Shown: one piece after another, positions 48,432 to 52,684 of the stretch
Numbering within the stretch: position 1 is the first letter of the stretch
How the letters are laid out: every line of letters begins with the position of its first letter
Origin: a virus
Taxonomy: Duplodnaviria > Caudoviricetes
DNA: 52,684 bases
Virus record (IMG/VR): IMGVR_UViG_3300043270_000010
Span: 1-52,684 of that record
Direction: 5' to 3' (one strand)
Program-made: the position numbers and the translations under genes
The notes under the pieces: model-generated
What the model saw: the letters and a program-made list of their open reading frames with translations, nothing else
Told to the model about the DNA's origin: nothing
The model's database searches: none

Positions 48432-49377
48432 CTATGACGCCATCTCGTCGAACAGTGACTGAGCGCCGATGCAGGCGGGAGATATCCACAACCGTTCTCT
48501 CGTACGGTTGGATGATGCTGTGGAGGCCGCGGTGTACGCGACTTCACGCCACCCCTCCGGTTTCCTGGCCCCGTCGTATCCGGACAGCACTATCCGATAC
48601 GGCGAATTTGTGTGGTGTTCGCACCAGTCGACAACCTTGCCCCATACGGGTGCGCGGCCGTACGCGTCCTCGAACCCGTCGTATGGCGGGTCGAGGTAGA
48701 CGGCGGTGTGGCCGGACGAAGCACGCAGCGAGGTCGGCGTGAGAACTCTGCTCCAGTCGCCGTTGCAGATGACCACCTTTCGTAGTCTGTTCTGTAGGCT
48801 GCGAGCCAGCTGGTAGATGCCGTCTCCGATGACGCGTGAGTGGACGCCGCGGCCGTCGTCGCCGAGATGCGGCAGCTGCCGGTGGACGCCCTGGCCGTCG
48901 TTCCCGATCCACGATCTCCGTTCTCGTCCACGGCCCCTCCCGGCCGCCGCTCGCGAACCCCTGCCCGATCCACAACGCCACCCCGTACAACCACCAGCCA
49001 GCAACCTGAACGTCATGCCACTCCACATCCGTCTGCAACCCCGCGCGGAGCCGTGCCGCGCCCTCGTTCACAAGCCACAGATGCTTCGCCGTCAGGTCGA
49101 ACTCGGCGCGGATGTCGTCCGCCCACCGGATCGTCTCGTCCGGCGAATGCTTCAACGCGCGCCACACGTTCACGACGTTGCCGTCAATGTCGTTCACGAT
49201 CTCAAGCCCGGTAATGTGCGGGCGGCCAAAGAGGACGCCCAGGCTGCCAGCAAATGGTTCCACGTACCGTCCGGCGTCGTCGCCGAGGTACGACCAGACT
49301 TCCCTCGCGACGCGGCGTTTGCCGCCGTACCAGGGGAACGGTGCGCGCAGCCATGTATCGGCCGTGAGCGCGCTCAT
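48432..49377 (-). pseudogene. D12-class DNA adenine methyltransferase split by a frameshift near 48905-48930
   Basis: PFPWYGGK, YVEPFAGS, NDIDG in one frame; RQLPHLGD, NGDW, YLDPPY, LSGY, ERLW.SP in the +1 frame. Confidence 0.8.
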
Positions 49378-49438
49378 CAGTAGCCCCCAGGAAGCGCGGC
49401 GAGTTCGCGGTTGAGCGCGCCCGGCTGCGCGAACACGC

Positions 49439-50086
49439 TCATCCTGCGCGTCCCTCCAGGTAGTCGAGCAGCCGTCGGGCTTGCCATTCACGCTCCACGG
49501 CCCCTGGGTTGTCCTGCGCTGCGGCCCCCACGGCCCCCACGGCCTGTGCGGCGGCCCGCGCGGAGAACTGCGCGGCCCGCGCGGCGGCCCATGCGGCCTC
49601 CTGCGCGCCTGCGGAGTACTGCGCGGCCCGCGCGGCGACCCATGCGGCCTCCGCGGCCTCGTCTCGTGTGACTTCTCCGATCCGCCCATCGGCGAAGTCA
49701 CGGGCCGCCTGGATCGCTGCCCGCGGCCGATCGTAACCCGGATACTCGCTTTCGTACAGGTGCAGCACCCGTTCCGCGCAGTCCGCTGCGAACAGGCGCG
49801 CCGTGCGATCGTTCCACGCTTCGATTCTCTCTGTCACGCGCGCCCGGCGTGCCACGATCTTGTCGTCATGTTCATGTTCGATCATCTCTCCGTCGTACTC
49901 GGCCCGCCACACGGTCGGGCCGACCCACTCGACGAGATGCTCCGGTCGGCACAGGTGCAGCCCGTTCAGGCAGGGTACGAGCGGGCCGTTGACCCCCCGC
50001 CACCTGTTCTTTCGCCACACACCCTTGCCGCCGTGGCACGATCGTCCGTCACGGCCGAGCACCTTGTAGAACGCTTCCGAACTCAT
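49439..50086 (-). CDS. Imm5-like helical-domain phage protein
   Basis: PC.NGLH.C N-domain; RLFAADCAERVL, DRPR.AI.AAR; Ala-rich AAW repeats. Confidence 0.75.
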   Translation of the reverse strand: MSSEAFYKVLGRDGRSCHGGKGVWRKNRWRGVNGPLVPCLNGLHLCRPEHLVEWVGPTVWRAEYDGEMIEHEHDDKIVARRARVTERIEAWNDRTARLFAADCAERVLHLYESEYPGYDRPRAAIQAARDFADGRIGEVTRDEAAEAAWVAARAAQYSAGAQEAAWAAARAAQFSARAAAQAVGAVGAAAQDNPGAVEREWQARRLLDYLEGRAG

Positions 50087-50149
50087 CGCCCACGCATCGT
50101 CCCGCGCGGCGGATTGTGCGACTGCGGCTCCCACGCGGGCGAGCATCGT

Positions 50150-50461
50150 CTAGTCGCAGTTCGGGTTGGCCGCGCCGAGGCCGCCGTGCGCGACGCACGC
50201 CGGGGGCTGGCTCCCGTCGGCCGGAGTTCCCGCTGCTCCGCCCTGAACGTCCCCGATGTCGTGGATGCCGTCTCCGCCGCCCTGGCCGCCACCCTGCGGA
50301 TTCGCCGACGCGCCGCCATGCCCCGGGTTGTTTCCCGGGAGGCCATGGAACTCGGTCGCCGGGGTCGTCGGCGCGTCGCTACCGCTATCCGCCACGGCCA
50401 CGCCGACGGCCGCAGTCGCGAACAGCGCCGCCGCCACCAGTAGCACTCGCACGTCGTTCAT
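50150..50461 (-). CDS. Secreted Gly-rich small protein
   Basis: Signal-peptide-like N-terminus ending AVA; two Cys at the C-terminus. Confidence 0.6.
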   Translation of the reverse strand: MNDVRVLLVAAALFATAAVGVAVADSGSDAPTTPATEFHGLPGNNPGHGGASANPQGGGQGGGDGIHDIGDVQGGAAGTPADGSQPPACVAHGGLGAANPNCD

Positions 50462-50712
50462 GGTCGTCCCTCCTTGTCGAGCCTCTCGAGGATCTCCGCG
50501 ATCCGCATGAGCGCGACGCGTACGTCGGTGTCGCTCACGCGCGCCTCCGCCCACGCCGCGTGTTTCGCTCTGATGGTACGGGCCGCCCACAACGCCGCCG
50601 CCACCGTCCACTTCACGAGTGCGAGCACGCCGACGAGCAGCAGCACGAGGAGGATCCACTCGTGCGCCTCCGTCCAGTCGATCGAATCCAGAGCGTGTCC
50701 CACGAACGTCAC
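50458..50712 (-). CDS. Small membrane protein
   Basis: Single long hydrophobic helix; stop overlaps the next start. Confidence 0.5.
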   Translation of the reverse strand: MTFVGHALDSIDWTEAHEWILLVLLLVGVLALVKWTVAAALWAARTIRAKHAAWAEARVSDTDVRVALMRIAEILERLDKEGRP

Positions 50713-50758
50713 GTCAGCAGCACCTACTTCTCCACAGGCCCGTTCTCGCCGGTCGGGG

Positions 50759-51259
50759 TCACGGCGCCCTCCGTCCGTAGGCGACGGCCGCGGGGAACCC
50801 AAGCCATCTCATCCAACCCGCCGTCTTGCGTGCCCAGCACGGCGTGCAGGCCGCGTACCCGTGGTAGTCATACGGCGTCCGCGCGTGAGGCCACCGCTCC
50901 GTCAGGAACCGGCCCATGAATTGGTACGCCTGCGCCCAGCTTCGGAAGTCGGGGACGCGCCAGCTGGTGCCGCAACTCGCGAGGCCGAAAGCGTTGTACC
51001 GGTTGCTCCTGCACGCCGCCCGCCCGAAGCTGCTCTCCGTGCCCGCTATCGCCGCGATCAGCGCCGGGTGAATGCCGTGCCTCCACCCGGCCCGTTCCAG
51101 CATGTAGCCGGTGCCCTCCATCGGCGTGCCCGCCAGCCGCGCGTTCAGCTGCCCCGCCGTCGCCGCCCGCTTCCCCGGCTTCCCCGCGTCCGCCCTCGCC
51201 GCCAGGAACGCCCACGCGATCACGGCGAGAAGGGCTATCACGATGAGGTTTGTCGTCAT
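50759..51259 (-). CDS. Secreted lysozyme-fold (glucosaminidase/GH73-like) cell wall hydrolase
   Basis: Signal peptide; HGIHPALIAAIAGTESSFG (catalytic Glu), NAFGL, F.SW, Y...W. Confidence 0.75.
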   Translation of the reverse strand: MTTNLIVIALLAVIAWAFLAARADAGKPGKRAATAGQLNARLAGTPMEGTGYMLERAGWRHGIHPALIAAIAGTESSFGRAACRSNRYNAFGLASCGTSWRVPDFRSWAQAYQFMGRFLTERWPHARTPYDYHGYAACTPCWARKTAGWMRWLGFPAAVAYGRRAP

Positions 51260-51316
51260 CCGTTTGATGTCTCCGTCTCCGTTCGGTGGCCCCCCCGCAG
51301 CCTCGGCCGCGGGCCG

Positions 51317-51802
51317 TCAGCGCCTGACATACGCCGTCTGCGCCTTCGGCACGACCTCACTGTGCCGGTCGATCACGGCCGCGTAGGCGTCGTTCGCCCT
51401 CGCCGCCTGCTTCGCCTTCACCGCGTCGATCTTGTACGTCACCGTCTCCACGACGATCTCCCTGATTCGTGCCTCCGGCATCCCCGCGTCCCGCAGACCC
51501 TGCTCGATGGCCGGGGCATCGTAGACCGTCTCCCGGTCGGCCCCGACCGTGACGCTCGTCCCGTCCTCCAGCCTGAACGTGCGGGCACCGATGGTCGCCG
51601 CGTACTCCGCGAGCGCCGCCGTCAGCTCCCTCCGCGCCGCCCGCAGCCGCTGGTCGAGGTCGCGGAGCTCCGTCAGCGCGCTCGCGCACGCCTCCGGGCT
51701 GGTCAGGTCGATCAGCTCCCCCGTCGTCGGGATGACAGCGACGGCGTGGCCGGTGGCGCCCTCCGCCGTCGGCGCAGGCCGGTCGAACGGGTTGTCGCTC
51801 AT
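51317..51802 (-). CDS. Coiled-coil hypothetical protein
   Basis: GGAGGAGG RBS; P.TGELIDL motif. Confidence 0.7.
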   Translation of the reverse strand: MSDNPFDRPAPTAEGATGHAVAVIPTTGELIDLTSPEACASALTELRDLDQRLRAARRELTAALAEYAATIGARTFRLEDGTSVTVGADRETVYDAPAIEQGLRDAGMPEARIREIVVETVTYKIDAVKAKQAARANDAYAAVIDRHSEVVPKAQTAYVRR

Positions 51803-52068
51803 GCCTCCTCCCGGTCGGCCGCCAGGTGCCCCGCCGCCGCCTGCAGCGCCTGCGCCGCCCGCGTCAGCTCGGCCGCGATCAGCGCCGCCCGCTCCCGCGT
51901 CCGGCAAAGCGCGATCTCCTGCCGCCGCCCCGTTACCGACACCGTGTAGACCGCGTAGCGGGAGCCGAGGGGCGTCGCGGCGTCGCGCCAGAACGCCGTC
52001 GTGGCGCTGCTCGTCAGCGTCAGCGCCGCCATCGTCGTGCCCGGCGTCGGCCGCGTCATGCTGCTCAT
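51799..52068 (-). CDS. Hypothetical protein
   Basis: ATGA coupling on both sides. Confidence 0.55.
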   Translation of the reverse strand: MSSMTRPTPGTTMAALTLTSSATTAFWRDAATPLGSRYAVYTVSVTGRRQEIALCRTRERAALIAAELTRAAQALQAAAGHLAADREEA

Positions 52069-52205
52069 GATGCCCCCCGCGTCCAACGGATCGCCTCCGC
52101 CCGGCCGCGTCGCCGCTCCCGCCGCAGGCTGCCCCTGTAGGCGCGGTACGCGACCCTCGCCGCCGCCAGCACCGCGGCCGCCCCGATGATCGTCGCTGCT
52201 GTCAT
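52065..52205 (-). CDS. Small membrane peptide (46 aa)
   Basis: AAGGAG RBS; MTAATIIGAAAVLAAARV then basic tail; not in the ORF track. Confidence 0.5.
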   Translation of the reverse strand: MTAATIIGAAAVLAAARVAYRAYRGSLRRERRRGRAEAIRWTRGAS

Positions 52206-52288
52206 GTGGGTTCTCCTTCTTCCTCGCTCGATTGCTTCTCAGGCCCGGTTCGCCGCGGCGGCCGCCGCCTCCACGAACTCGCCGACGT

Positions 52289-52684
52289 TCATGCGGCGAT
52301 CCCCTGCCGGCAGAATCCGCACAGCCCGTCGCTCGTGTTGCGACGCAGGGGTTCCCCGCAGTCGGTGCAGTGCCAGCGTGACGGAGCGGGCCTGTGCCCG
52401 TTGGCCACCGCCTCGCGGTAGGCGCGCTTCTTCTCCGCTATCGCCTGGCGGTTCGCCTCGTAGTAGGCGCGCTTCCTCTCGGCGATCGCCTCGCGGTTCG
52501 CCTCGTAGTAGGCGCGCTGCTTCGCCGCGAGCGACTCGCGGTTCGCCTCGCGGTAGGCGCGCTTCCTCTCGGCGATCGCCTCGCGGTTCGCCTCGCGGTA
52601 GGCGCGCTGCTTCGCCGCGAGCGACTCGCGGTTCGCCTCGCGGTAGGCGCGCTTCCTCTCGGCGATCGCCTCGCGGTTCGCCTC
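52289..52684 (-). CDS. C-terminal part of Zn-finger/15-aa tandem-repeat protein
   Basis: EANREAIAERKRAYREANRESLAAKQR...AYREAVANGHRPAPSRWHCTDCG...LCGFCRQGIAA*. Confidence 0.8.
   Translation of the reverse strand, partial: EANREAIAERKRAYREANRESLAAKQRAYREANREAIAERKRAYREANRESLAAKQRAYYEANREAIAERKRAYYEANRQAIAEKKRAYREAVANGHRPAPSRWHCTDCGEPLRRNTSDGLCGFCRQGIAA
52410..52684. repeat. 45-bp coding tandem repeat (right part, about 6 units, 90-bp higher-order alternation)
   Basis: taggcgcgc recurs at 52419, 52464, 52509, 52554, 52599, 52644. Confidence 0.95.

Noticed and set aside
49439-50086. Imm5-like gene as the immunity partner of the MuF-borne domain
   Set aside because: More than 10 kb away, a common stand-alone phage family, and no evidence of pairing
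52410-52684. Terminal repeats as a CRISPR array or phage terminal direct repeats
   Set aside because: Units are contiguous 45-mers with no unique spacers, keep an open reading frame, and the two ends are not an exact duplicate

Overview
The window is a near-complete, circularly permuted genome of a very GC-rich tailed phage (siphovirus-like). Every credible gene is on the minus strand. The long plus-strand ORFs are shadow frames. The contig is broken inside a 45-bp coding tandem repeat that occupies both ends. Reading along the minus strand: TerS/TerL; a block of four glycosyltransferases plus a SAM methyltransferase; portal; a MuF-zincin-like-maturation protease fusion; another GT; two capsid proteins; major tail protein; a collagen fibre/polysaccharide lyase/GT4 cassette; head-tail joining genes; frameshifting tail chaperone; tape measure; tail tip and fibres; M23 endolysin and holin. 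An early operon follows (DUF932, ERF, HTH replication initiator with internal ori, helicase loader/inhibitor, regulators, VRR-NUC, HNH) ending in a ParB-N/TET-JBP dioxygenase/P-loop kinase DNA-modification cassette. A second early operon wraps round the contig ends to a frameshifted adenine methyltransferase and a truncated RuvC. No integrase, DNA polymerase, helicase, tRNA or CRISPR array was recognised. The host is probably an actinobacterium without mycolic acids (inference). The two strongest leads are (i) a six-GT virion glycosylation system paired with Gly-X-Thr collagen fibres and (ii) a minimal TET/JBP thymine-modification cassette. All family assignments are from motif recognition by eye, not database searches.
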